A stretch of DNA of 64,000 nt, taken from assembly GCA_965661355.1 (NCBI GenBank), contig CBFIDI010000001.1, forward strand, positions 11,956-75,955, in the 5' to 3' direction. The stretch comes from Rickettsiales bacterium. GTDB taxonomy: Bacteria; Pseudomonadota; Alphaproteobacteria; Rickettsiales; UBA1997. The position numbers were made by a program, and so were the translations under genes. The notes under the pieces were generated by a model that saw nothing but the letters and a program-made list of their open reading frames with translations, did no database searches and was not told where the DNA came from. This document shows, in pieces, positions 33,121 to 42,600 of this stretch; the first letter of the stretch is position 1, and each line of letters starts with the position of its first letter.

Positions 33121-33196
33121 CCAGCCCCCCTTCGCGCCCCCTTCGGACGAAATCCAAGGGGAGACTGCTTATAAAAATTTAAACTTTATTTATTAA

Positions 33197-34579
33197 ATGA
33201 AATTAAAGAAATTATTGCCCCGATCTTTATTTGGAAGGTTTTTGCTTATTATCACAATTCCGACATTAATTGTGCAAATTGTGGCAATTTATGTATTTTT
33301 TTATGTCTATGTCGATGTAATAAGCAAATATATGGCCAGAAGCGTCGTTTCAGAAATGTCTTTTGTGCAAGATGTTGTAAATCAGGAAAAAGATCTGGAG
33401 ATTATCAAAGATTTCTCACGAAATGTCGATTTAAACTTTTATTTTGAAGGCAGGAAAGGGCGCAAAAAGACAAAAATTGCCGATTCAAAATGGCGACGCA
33501 ATAAAATTTACGAATATGTAAACTTCATTCCGGTAATAGATCCACTAAACCGCTTTAAATCAGAACTTAAAGGCTATGGACTGAGCCCATACGAAATCTT
33601 TCAAGATATTGAAGATAGTGACATATTAATTGTAAAAACTCAAACCGATAATGGCGTTTTGTCTTTTGAAGTGCCCGCAAAAAGGATCGATAACAGCTCG
33701 GGTAAATATGTTTTTATTGCCTGGATGGTTGCAACCGCCTTCATTACATCAATAATATCAATTATATTTTTAAAAAACCAACTTAGGCCAATAAACTCTT
33801 TGAGCAAAGCCGCAGAAAAATTTGGTCGCGGCCAAGACGCCCCCAATTTCAGGCCCTCGGGCTCGAGCGAGGTTCGATCGGTGGCGATTTCTTTTGTAAA
33901 GATGAAAGAAAGAATAATCAGGCAAATTTCACAGCGCACCGACATGCTTTCAGCAGTTTCGCATGATTTAAGAACGCCCTTAACCAGAATGAAGTTACAA
34001 CTTGAAATGATGGCGCAAGGCGAAGAGGTAGAGGCTCTTAAAAACGATATTGATGATATGAGTAAGCTTGTTGAAGAATATTTAGATTTTGCCCGATTTG
34101 AAGAAAGAGAGAAAAAAAGCCCAATTAAAATAAGACAATTTTTAAAAGAAAAAGTTGCAAAATATTATCAAGATATGAATAAGAATATCGATTTTGAAAC
34201 TAATATTTCATCAAATTTTAAAATTATGCTAAAAAAACTCGCTTTTAAAAGAGCGCTGATAAACTTAGTTGACAATGCCTTTAATTATGGCAATAAAGCT
34301 TTGGTCAGGGCGAATTTAAGTGACAATAACCTTATAATTACTATCGAAGATGACGGCCTTGGCATTCCTGAATCAGAATATAAAAATGTATTTAAGCCAT
34401 TTTACAGAATTGATGGCGCACGCAACCAAGATAAAGACAATAAAAAACAACAATCTAATATGGGTTCTGGGCTTGGCCTAGCTATTGCCATGGACGCAAT
34501 TACTTCGCATGGCGGAAGAATTAAGCTTTCAGAATCGAGATTTAAAGGTCTTAAAGTGTCAATTTTTATTCCAATTTAA
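33197..34579 (+). CDS. Two-component sensor histidine kinase (EnvZ-like: 2 TM, HAMP, HisKA, HATPase_c)
   Basis: H-box SAVSHDLRTPLTRM, N-box LVDNAFNYG, and the G-boxes DDGLGIP and GSGLGLAIA. Length is 460 aa. Confidence 0.88.
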   Translation: MKLKKLLPRSLFGRFLLIITIPTLIVQIVAIYVFFYVYVDVISKYMARSVVSEMSFVQDVVNQEKDLEIIKDFSRNVDLNFYFEGRKGRKKTKIADSKWRRNKIYEYVNFIPVIDPLNRFKSELKGYGLSPYEIFQDIEDSDILIVKTQTDNGVLSFEVPAKRIDNSSGKYVFIAWMVATAFITSIISIIFLKNQLRPINSLSKAAEKFGRGQDAPNFRPSGSSEVRSVAISFVKMKERIIRQISQRTDMLSAVSHDLRTPLTRMKLQLEMMAQGEEVEALKNDIDDMSKLVEEYLDFARFEEREKKSPIKIRQFLKEKVAKYYQDMNKNIDFETNISSNFKIMLKKLAFKRALINLVDNAFNYGNKALVRANLSDNNLIITIEDDGLGIPESEYKNVFKPFYRIDGARNQDKDNKKQQSNMGSGLGLAIAMDAITSHGGRIKLSESRFKGLKVSIFIPI

Positions 34580-34749
34580 CAAATTATAATTAAAATTTAC
34601 AATTAATGATTTAGAGCTAAAAAATTTCACCAAGAAATTAATCAGGTGATGTCAGAAATTTTTAAAGATAGCTTTATTGATTGAGTTTTAACGAATAAAT
34701 AAATCAATCATAAAATTTAAATGGCGCAATATAAATATAATAAAAATAA

Positions 34750-35139
34750 ATGTTTGGAATATCTTTAGCAGAATTATTAATAGTTTTATTTTTGGCAATT
34801 TTCATAATAAATCCAAAAGATTTGCCAGAAATAGCTCGATATTGTGGCAAAATTTACGCTAGAATTAAAAATATTATTACTAAATTTAAAAAAGATTTTG
34901 AAAATAATAAAAAAGAAATTGGTTTTGATGAAATTAAACAAGAATTTCAAATTTCGGCGCTAGAAGAAGAAAATTTAGTCAAAAAAAGTAAGACGAAAGA
35001 AATTATAGATATTTATGGAAATATTCACAAAGTCCAAGATGTCGAAGAAATAAGATCAGATTTAAGTAAAGAAGAGCTTGAAGAGGAATTAAAAAAATAT
35101 AACGAATTTAACAAAAAAACTCAACTTAAAAAAGAATAA
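34750..35139 (+). CDS. tatB: Twin-arginine translocase subunit, TatB-like
   Basis: The N-terminus MFGISLAELLIVLFLAIFIINPKDLPEIAR matches the TatA/B TM-hinge-amphipathic pattern (..GPKDLP..). Length is 129 aa. Confidence 0.7.
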   Translation: MFGISLAELLIVLFLAIFIINPKDLPEIARYCGKIYARIKNIITKFKKDFENNKKEIGFDEIKQEFQISALEEENLVKKSKTKEIIDIYGNIHKVQDVEEIRSDLSKEELEEELKKYNEFNKKTQLKKE

Positions 35140-35333
35140 AAAAATCCGTCAAAAAGCTTTTATAACAATATTTTTTCGGCAAAAATAACAACAAAAAATT
35201 AGACTCGCATTAAAATTTCAAATTTTACTTGCAAAATTGATAAAACAGATCTATATTTAAAATGTTATTAAGTTGTATCTGTTCTTTTCTCTTGACTAAA
35301 TATAATCAAAAATCATAAATTAAAAGGTATAAA

Positions 35334-35603
35334 ATGAAAATTAACTTATTGAAAAAACTTTTAGGTCTAGTAATGTTATCCGGCTTTTTGTTTTCATGCT
35401 CTCACACAAGAACGCATGGCAAATTTATTACCGAGCATGACGACGCCTGGATGAACGGATATGTAGTTGACGATAAAGGCAATATTGACCAAGAAGACGA
35501 AGCTACGCAAGGTCTAGTATTTTGCAGAGCCAATAAAAAAGAAGACGGAACAGCAACTCCGTCATGTTATGGCGCAAAATTCGTGGCGCAAGAAAATGAT
35601 TAA
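35334..35603 (+). CDS. Hypothetical small lipoprotein
   Basis: A signal peptide ending in the lipobox-like LFSC (Cys22). Length is 89 aa. No recognisable domain. Confidence 0.45.
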   Translation: MKINLLKKLLGLVMLSGFLFSCSHTRTHGKFITEHDDAWMNGYVVDDKGNIDQEDEATQGLVFCRANKKEDGTATPSCYGAKFVAQEND

Positions 35604-35694
35604 AATATTAGATTAGCTTTTGGCTTGCGTTTTTGACTTGCGTTTAAAGTCGTAAGCCTTAACTAATAAAAGCTAAGCTAGTATTAAATTTTTT

Positions 35695-35770
35695 AGGGGT
35701 GTAGCTCAACTGGTAGAGCAGTGGTCTCCAAAACCGAAGGTTGGGGGTTCAAGTCCTCTCGCCCCTGCCA
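35695..35770 (+). tRNA. trnW: tRNA-Trp (CCA anticodon)
   Basis: Cloverleaf AGGGGTG TA GCTC AACTGGTA GAGC A GTGGT CTCCAAA ACCGA ... CGCCCCT G CCA. It sits in the conserved position ahead of secE-nusG. Confidence 0.92.
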
Positions 35771-35811
35771 TAACTTTATCTAAGAATAGGTAAATATTTA
35801 ACAACAGACAA

Positions 35812-35988
35812 ATGCTAAATTATTTTAAACAAACAGTTTCAGAAGCAAAAAAGCTAAGTGCGCCCTCAAAAAAAGAGGTTTATATCACAACCGCCATGAT
35901 AACAGCAGCAGTTGCAGTTTTTGCAATTTTTATTATGTTTTCAGATTTTATAATTTCAAAAATAATCGGTTTAATTTTTGGACTTTAA
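35812..35988 (+). CDS. secE: Preprotein translocase subunit SecE
   Basis: A 58-aa ORF below the track cutoff: MLNYFKQTVSEAKKLSAPSKKEVYITTAMITAAVAVFAIFIMFSDFIISKIIGLIFGL. It has a single C-terminal TM helix and lies between tRNA-Trp and nusG. Confidence 0.8.
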   Translation: MLNYFKQTVSEAKKLSAPSKKEVYITTAMITAAVAVFAIFIMFSDFIISKIIGLIFGL

Positions 35989-36045
35989 AGTAAATTGAAA
36001 TAGAGTTAAATAGCAACAAAGATTTAAAAAACAAATAACATCAAA

Positions 36046-36693
36046 ATGGAAAATAAAGACAATAATCAAGGCGCCTTACAAAATACAAAAAACGAAGTAC
36101 CTAAAGATCTTAACCCTGAACAAAGAACTCAAATTAATGACTCTGCCCAAGAGCAAGAATCTGATCACAAATTCAAATGGTATATTATCAATGTTATGGC
36201 TGGCCAAGAAAATAAAATTGCTAGCGAAATAAAGTCTATGGTTGCAACCGGCTCGCTTGGCAAAAATGTTTCTGATGCCGTCGTTCCATCAAAAGAAGTT
36301 ACTAAGGTTAAAAGAGGTAAAAAAGTACAAGAGTCGCAAAAGCTATTTCCTGGATATGTATTTATTAAAGCTAATATTGACTCCGAAGCTAGAAACGCAC
36401 TTATCGCAATTCCGAAAGTTCTCGGGTTTTTAGGAAGTAAAAACAAGCCAGAAGAAGTCTCTGAAACCAAAATGCAAGACATCTTATCTTCAACCAAAAT
36501 AGAAGAATCTGCAACTAAAAATATGACATTTGAAATTGGCGAGACATTAAATGTTATCGATGGACCATTTGAGTCATTTAGTGGCGGCGTTGAAGAATTT
36601 GACCAAGAAAAACAGAAAGTCAAGATTGCAATTTCAATTTTTGGACGCTCGACCTCGGTCGAACTTGAATTTAATCAAGTTGAAAAACCATAA
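36046..36693 (+). CDS. nusG: Transcription termination/antitermination factor NusG
   Basis: The NGN domain starts at KWYIINVMAGQENK. The KOW motif is GETLNVIDGPFESFSG. There is an N-terminal extension of about 43 aa. Total length is 215 aa. Confidence 0.9.
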   Translation: MENKDNNQGALQNTKNEVPKDLNPEQRTQINDSAQEQESDHKFKWYIINVMAGQENKIASEIKSMVATGSLGKNVSDAVVPSKEVTKVKRGKKVQESQKLFPGYVFIKANIDSEARNALIAIPKVLGFLGSKNKPEEVSETKMQDILSSTKIEESATKNMTFEIGETLNVIDGPFESFSGGVEEFDQEKQKVKIAISIFGRSTSVELEFNQVEKP

Positions 36694-37056
36694 TTACCAA
36701 TTTAGCTGCATTTCAAAAGCAGTTAAGAAGTTTAAAAGTCAACGCTAAAGGCGGTTATAGCTAAATTTAGAATTTAGCTCAATTTTTTACTTGCAATTTA
36801 TTTGTTAATAGATTAAAATACTTAGCCTTAACTTAAAATTTTAGTTATTTAATTATAAGATAAATTTAATTTTTTGAATTATTTAGAAAATTAATAAATA
36901 AAAAAGCTCAGAAACTCTAAAAATAAGTTTTTTATATGATGCCTAAAAACTTTATCAGAGTCGGCTTGAATAGAATAACACGCTTCTTGAAATTTTGATG
37001 CTTAAGCGTAAAATTAGTAAATATAGCTTTAAAATCAAATAAATTTTTATATTAAA

Positions 37057-37494
37057 ATGTCAAAGGGAAAAAAAGAAGTTGTTGGAGTAATTAAATTACA
37101 AGTTCCAGTCGGCAAAGCCAACCCGGCTCCGCCAATTGGTCCAGCACTTGGCCAAAAAGGCCTTAATATCATGGATTTTTGCAAGGAATTTAATGCCTTA
37201 AAGTTTGATTACAAACCAGGTACGCCAATTCCTACCACTATTTATGCACACAAAGATAGAAGTTTTTCAATTGAAACAAAAAATCCACCGGTCTCTTTCT
37301 TGATTAAAGAAGAAATTAACCTAAAAAAGGGATCTTCTAATCCAGGAAAAGACATTGCTGGTAAAATTAGCTTAGAACAAGTAAAATCAGTCGCTCAAAA
37401 GAAAATGGTCGATATGAATGCAACAGATCTAGAAGCTTGCATGGAGATGGTAAAAGGCTCGGCAATGTCAATGGGTCTTGAAGTTGTTGAATAA
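37057..37494 (+). CDS. rplK: 50S ribosomal protein L11
   Basis: IKLQVPVGKANPAPPIGPALGQKGLNIMDFCKEFN. Confidence 0.95.
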   Translation: MSKGKKEVVGVIKLQVPVGKANPAPPIGPALGQKGLNIMDFCKEFNALKFDYKPGTPIPTTIYAHKDRSFSIETKNPPVSFLIKEEINLKKGSSNPGKDIAGKISLEQVKSVAQKKMVDMNATDLEACMEMVKGSAMSMGLEVVE

Positions 37495-37523
37495 TTAATT
37501 AAATTACATATTTAGTAAATATA

Positions 37524-38207
37524 ATGGCTAAAAAAGAAAATAAAATAGAAAAATTTGTTGCTTCAGACATTCAGGAAGCTGTCAATAAAGTTCTTGAAAA
37601 TAGCAAGCGAGATGATCGTAAATTCTCCGAATCTATTGATATTGCTGTAAATTTAGGAATTGATCCAAAAAAATCAACACAAAATGTCAGGGGCTCAGTC
37701 TTGTTACCAAAAGGCTCAGGTAAAAAAGTTAGGGTTGCGGTATTAACGTCTGACGAGGCAAAAAAGGCCGAAGCAATCGAATCTGGTGCTTCGAAGGCTG
37801 GTTTTGACGAAATAGTCGCAGAAATTAACGCCGGCAACATAGACTTCGATTATTGTATTGCCACGCCAGATATCATGCCTAAAATTTCAAAAGTTGCTAA
37901 AGTTCTTGGCCCGCGTGGATTAATGCCAAGCCCGAAGAACGGTACGGTCACAATGGAAATTAAAAAAACGGTTGACGAAGCCTTGAAGGGTAAAATAAAC
38001 TTTAAGAATGATAAAGGCGGAATAATCCATTGCATCGTTGGCAAGGCTGATTTCAAATCTGAAGATTTAATTCAAAATATTGAAGCAGTTCTTAAAAAAG
38101 TCAAAGATTCTAAACCGGAAGAAGCAAAAGGCAAATATATTAAAAAGGTACATTTGGCCAGCACAATGGGCAAATCTGTTGAGATTTTGCAAGATGCTAA
38201 AAAATAA
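37524..38207 (+). CDS. rplA: 50S ribosomal protein L1
   Basis: FSESIDIAVNLGIDPKKSTQNVRGSVLLPKG and LGPRGLMPSPKNGTV. Confidence 0.95.
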   Translation: MAKKENKIEKFVASDIQEAVNKVLENSKRDDRKFSESIDIAVNLGIDPKKSTQNVRGSVLLPKGSGKKVRVAVLTSDEAKKAEAIESGASKAGFDEIVAEINAGNIDFDYCIATPDIMPKISKVAKVLGPRGLMPSPKNGTVTMEIKKTVDEALKGKINFKNDKGGIIHCIVGKADFKSEDLIQNIEAVLKKVKDSKPEEAKGKYIKKVHLASTMGKSVEILQDAKK

Positions 38208-38412
38208 TTTAACCTTTTGTTAAAAATTGGTTGTAAATAACTAAAAAAGATTCAACCTAAATTATTTTAGGTTAGACAAAATAATTTCACCATATTTTTG
38301 GTGCAATTATAATATTAAGCATAAATTTATGTGTCAATGAGAAAGGCTAAGACTTTCACTTTTTAACTAAAGATAACATTGTTCACATCTCTTTATAGAT
38401 TAAATAAATTTT

Positions 38413-38928
38413 ATGGCAATTAGTAAAGAAAAAAAGACAGGCCTCGTCCAAAAATTAAAGGACGATCTAGCTAAATCAAATATCGTTGTTATTGTTCATT
38501 ATCGTGGAATGAGCGGCTCGGAGCTTTATAAATTAAGGGTTGAGTTGAAATCTAAGGGGTGCAATATAAAAATTGCGAAGAATACCCTGTCTTCGATCGC
38601 GATAAAAGGAACGGAAGTAGAATCTTTGGGTGAGTATTTGCAAGGACCAACTGCGCTTCTTTATGCGCAAGACCCAGTCGCCTTAGCAAAAACAATCGCA
38701 GACACTGATAAAGAAATAGAATCTTTTGAAGTTCAGGCAGGCTTACTCGACGGAAAGATCATTAAACTTGCTGAAATTTCGAATCTTGCGAAACTTGGGT
38801 CTTTGGAAGAGGTCAGAGCCGCTTTCATTGGCAAGTTAAATGGAGTTCAATCGAATTTTGTTAGAGTGGTTAACGCTCCTCAAGCAGGATTGGTTGCCTT
38901 GTTTAATGCTAAGGCACAACAAGGATAA
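38413..38928 (+). CDS. rplJ: 50S ribosomal protein L10
   Basis: 171 aa, with VVIVHYRGMSGSELYKLRVELK, in the rplKAJL context. Confidence 0.92.
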   Translation: MAISKEKKTGLVQKLKDDLAKSNIVVIVHYRGMSGSELYKLRVELKSKGCNIKIAKNTLSSIAIKGTEVESLGEYLQGPTALLYAQDPVALAKTIADTDKEIESFEVQAGLLDGKIIKLAEISNLAKLGSLEEVRAAFIGKLNGVQSNFVRVVNAPQAGLVALFNAKAQQG

Positions 38929-38970
38929 TTAATTTTACACTAAATAATAACAACTAAAATCATAGATAAA

Positions 38971-39345
38971 ATGGCTAATATTGAAGAATTAACAGAAACA
39001 TTATCATCGCTTACAGTTCTTGAACTTGCAGATCTTAGCAAGGCTTTAGAAGAAAAATGGGGCGTTAGCGCCGCTGCTTTTGCTGCTCCGGCGGCTGGTG
39101 GAGCAGCTGCAGCGACTGGTGCCGAAGAAGCTAAAGACGAATTTGAAGTTGTCTTAACTGATATCGGAGCTAACAAAATTAATGTAATTAAAGAAGTCAG
39201 AGCCATCACTGGACTTGGCTTGAAGGAAGCTAAAGACTTAGTTGAAAGCGCTCCTAAGGCTGTAAAATCTGATGTTGCTAAAGAAGAAGCTGAAGAAATG
39301 AAGAAAAAACTTGAAGCAGCTGGCGCTAAAGTTGAGCTTAAATAA
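38971..39345 (+). CDS. rplL: 50S ribosomal protein L7/L12
   Basis: An Ala-rich hinge, and the C-terminal domain [35 protein letters not shown]. Confidence 0.95.
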   Translation: MANIEELTETLSSLTVLELADLSKALEEKWGVSAAAFAAPAAGGAAAATGAEEAKDEFEVVLTDIGANKINVIKEVRAITGLGLKEAKDLVESAPKAVKSDVAKEEAEEMKKKLEAAGAKVELK

Positions 39346-39359
39346 AAAAGCTAAATTAA

Positions 39360-39402
39360 ACAAGTCAAAGACGACTTAATTAAAAGATCGTGTTTGACTT
39401 GT
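39360..39402 (+). terminator. rplL-rpoB intergenic hairpin (candidate attenuator)
   Basis: ACAAGTCAAA (39360-39369) pairs with TTTGACTTGT (39393-39402). No clean T-run follows. An attenuator at this junction is known in E. coli. Confidence 0.4.
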
Positions 39403-39647
39403 TCACATCTTGAAATTGACGAATTTTAAGATTATTACCAAACTTTCGTTTTTAAATCAATATATTATAGATAGTATAAAAAACTTATTGCTATCAAATT
39501 TTATGAATTATTACGAAAAAGAACTGGTCGAATTAAAGGCCATTTTAGCTATTTTGCTACAAATCTACATTCGTTAAAGCAAAATGCTTAAAGAAGCAGA
39601 TTATATCTGTAAATGCTTGATATCAACATAACATAAAGAGGTCCTAG

Positions 39648-42600
39648 GTGATTCAAAGTCGTAGCTTCGATAATGTCGTCATGAGAAAAAGTTTCAGTGA
39701 CAATGTCGATAAGGCAGAAGTTCCTTATCTTGCTTCATTGCAAAAAAATTCTTACGATAAATTCCTGCAAATAAGCACAAATCCTAAAGAAAGAAAAAAT
39801 CAAGGAATTCAATCAGTTTTTAACTCATTTTTTCCAATTTCTGATTCTGACGAAAATATCACGGTAGAATTTTTAGAATATAATTTAGGAAAACCAAAAT
39901 ATGAGGCGCAAGAATGTTTATCAGTAGGTAGAAGCTTTTCTTCACCGCTCTATGCTCAGTTGCGTCTAATTTTATGGAGCCAAGAAGAAGATTCCGAAGT
40001 TAAAGAAATTCGCTCAATTAAAGAGCAAGAAGTATATTTATGCGACATTCCTCTAATGACTGAAACCTCAAGTTTTATTGTCAATGGCGCAGAAAGAGTT
40101 ATAGTCTCGCAAATGCGTAGAGCACCTGGTGTGTTTTTTGATAGCGACATGAGTAAAACTTCTGAGTCTAAATCATATACTGCCAAAATTATTCCGCATT
40201 TAGGTTCGTGGCTTGATTTTGAGTTTGATTCAAAAGATGTAATCCACTTTAGAGTAGATAAAAAGCGTAAAATACCAGTCTCTTCGCTGCTGAGAGCGGT
40301 TGGCCTTACTAGCGAAGAAATTATCAGTCAATTTTATACCGCTACCACTGCAAAACTTACCGAAAAAGGCTGGGCCATAGATTTTGATGCACAGTTATAT
40401 ATGGGTAAAAAATTGCCTTTTGACCTTGTTTGTGCAAAAAGCGAGGAAGTTGTCGCGAAAGAGGGTTCAAAATTCAATCGCAAAACTAAAGAAAAGCTAG
40501 AAGAAAAAGGCTTTGATCAATATTTGTTGACCGAAGATGCTTTGCCTGGTTATATTATAGCCCAAGATTTGGCAGACCCTGAAACAGGCGAATTACTTCT
40601 TGAAGCTGGCGCCATTGTTACCTCGGAAAGCCTTAGTATTTTAAGAAAACTTGACTTTAAAGAAGTAAGGATAGTTAACCCAAGTAAATCTGATATTGGG
40701 CCTTATATATTTAATACTATGCTGCTTGACAAGAATCAAACCCAAAAAGACGCTTTATTCGATATTTATAAGGCCATCAGACTTGGTGAAGCTCCGTCTT
40801 CTGTTGAAGTTGCGCAAAATTATCTTGATAATTTATTCTTTTCAGACTCTAGATATCACCTTTCTGATGTTGGAAGAATGAAAATGAACCACCGTCTTGG
40901 GCTTGAAATTGATGTCGAAACTCAATCTTTAACTCATGATGACATCAAGAGAACTATTAAAATTTTAAGTGAAACTAAGCATAACGATCTTAAAACTGAT
41001 GATATAGACAATTTGGCCAATAGAAGAGTTCGTGCAGTTGGCGAATTGATTGAAAATCAGATGAGAATTGGCATGGCCAGAGTTGAAAAATCAATCATAG
41101 AAAAAATTAATTCAAGCGAGTCTGATTCTATGATGCCGCAAAATTTAATTAATTCTAAGCCTTTAATCACGGCAATTAAAGACTTCTTTGCGACTTCGCA
41201 ACTTTCGCAATTTATGGACCAAACAAATCCGCTTTCTGACATTACTCACAAAAGAAGACTGTCTGCGCTTGGGCCTGGTGGCCTTACCAGAGAGCGCGCC
41301 GGTTTTGAAGTTCGCGATGTTCACCCAACGCATTATGGACGAATTTGCCCAATTGAAACGCCAGAAGGACCAAATATTGGCCTTATAAACTCAATGGCTA
41401 CTTATGCAAAAGTTAACGAATATGGATTTATCGAAACTCCTTATAGAAAAGTTATTAACCGTAAAATTACTGATGAAGTAATTTATATCTCGGCAATTAA
41501 AGAAGTTGACCATGTTATTGCGCCTGCTAATGTAAATGTTGATAAAGATGGTAAAATTATTGACGAACTTGTAAGCTGTCGTAAAAATGGCGAATATGTC
41601 ATGATGACTTCAGACAAAATTGATTTTGCTGATATTTCAACTCGTCAAATTATCTCTATTGCAACAACGCTAATTCCATTTTTAGAAAATGATGATGCAA
41701 ATCGTGCTTTAATGGGGTCAAACATGCAACGCCAAGCGGTTCCGCTTTTGAAGCCGCAATCTCCTTTAGTTGGAACTGGAATGGAGGCTGTTATTGCCGC
41801 TGATTCTGGAGCCGTAGTTAGAAGCAAATTTGATGGCGAAGTTAAATATGTTGACGCCAATAAAATTGTAGTTGAATCAATTGGCGAAGATGAATTGTCG
41901 CATGTTGAAATTTGCAATTTGTCAAAATATATCAGAACGAACCAAGATACTTGCATTAACCAAAAGCCTATTGTATTTGAAGGACAAAAAGTAAAAGCTG
42001 GTCAAATTATGACCGACGGACATTCAATTAAAGATAGCGAATTGGCTCTTGGACAAAATGTTAGAGTTGCATTTATGCCTTGGAACGGTTACAACTTTGA
42101 GGATTCAATTATAATTTCAGAAAAAATTCTTCAAGAAGACACTTTCACTTCCGTTAGAATTGAAGAGCTTGAAATTGTCGCCAGAGACACGAGGCTTGGG
42201 CCCGAAGAAATTACGCGCGACATTCCTAATGTTAACGAAGACTTACTTGGAAAGCTTGATGAGGAAGGAATTGTTCATATTGGCGCGCAATTAAAGCCCG
42301 GTGATTTATTGGTCGGAAAAACTACGCCAAAAAGTGAAGCACCAGTTACGCCAGAAGAAAAACTTTTGCGTGTAATTTTTGGTGAAAAAGCTTCAGAAGT
42401 TAAAGATTCTTCGCTTTACGTGCCGACCGGAATTAACGGAACAGTTGTTGATGTTAAAGTACTTTCAAGAAAGGGTATTGAAAAAGACGAAAGGTCGGTT
42501 TATATCGAGATGCAGCAAATTGAGAATTTAGCAAAGCAAAAAGATATTAGGGTTAACTTTTTGGAAAAATCTTTAAAATCTGGCTTAGTTGCACTTTTCG

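Noticed and set aside
32926-33196. Two ORFs (60 aa on the minus strand, 78 aa on the plus strand) with triplicated 16-aa peptides, lying across the 48-bp repeat. The plus-strand one stops exactly at the kinase ATG.
   Set aside because: Both frames are open only because the repeat period is a multiple of 3. They read through on both strands, the composition is unlike the local coding DNA, and no ribosome-binding site or recognisable domain is present. I treated them as artefacts of the repeat.
36046-36174. The roughly 43-aa N-terminal extension of NusG.
   Set aside because: It is polar low-complexity sequence with no alternative in-frame ATG before the NGN domain. It is probably a lineage-specific extension or an unresolved start-site question, and I did not pursue it as a finding.
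38208-38412. Hairpins in the rplA-rplJ spacer (AACCTAAA/TTTAGGTT at 38254-38273 and CACCA/TGGTG at 38288-38303) as an L10 autoregulatory leader.
   Set aside because: The location is plausible, but I cannot match the structure to the known L10-leader consensus by eye. It needs a covariance-model search.
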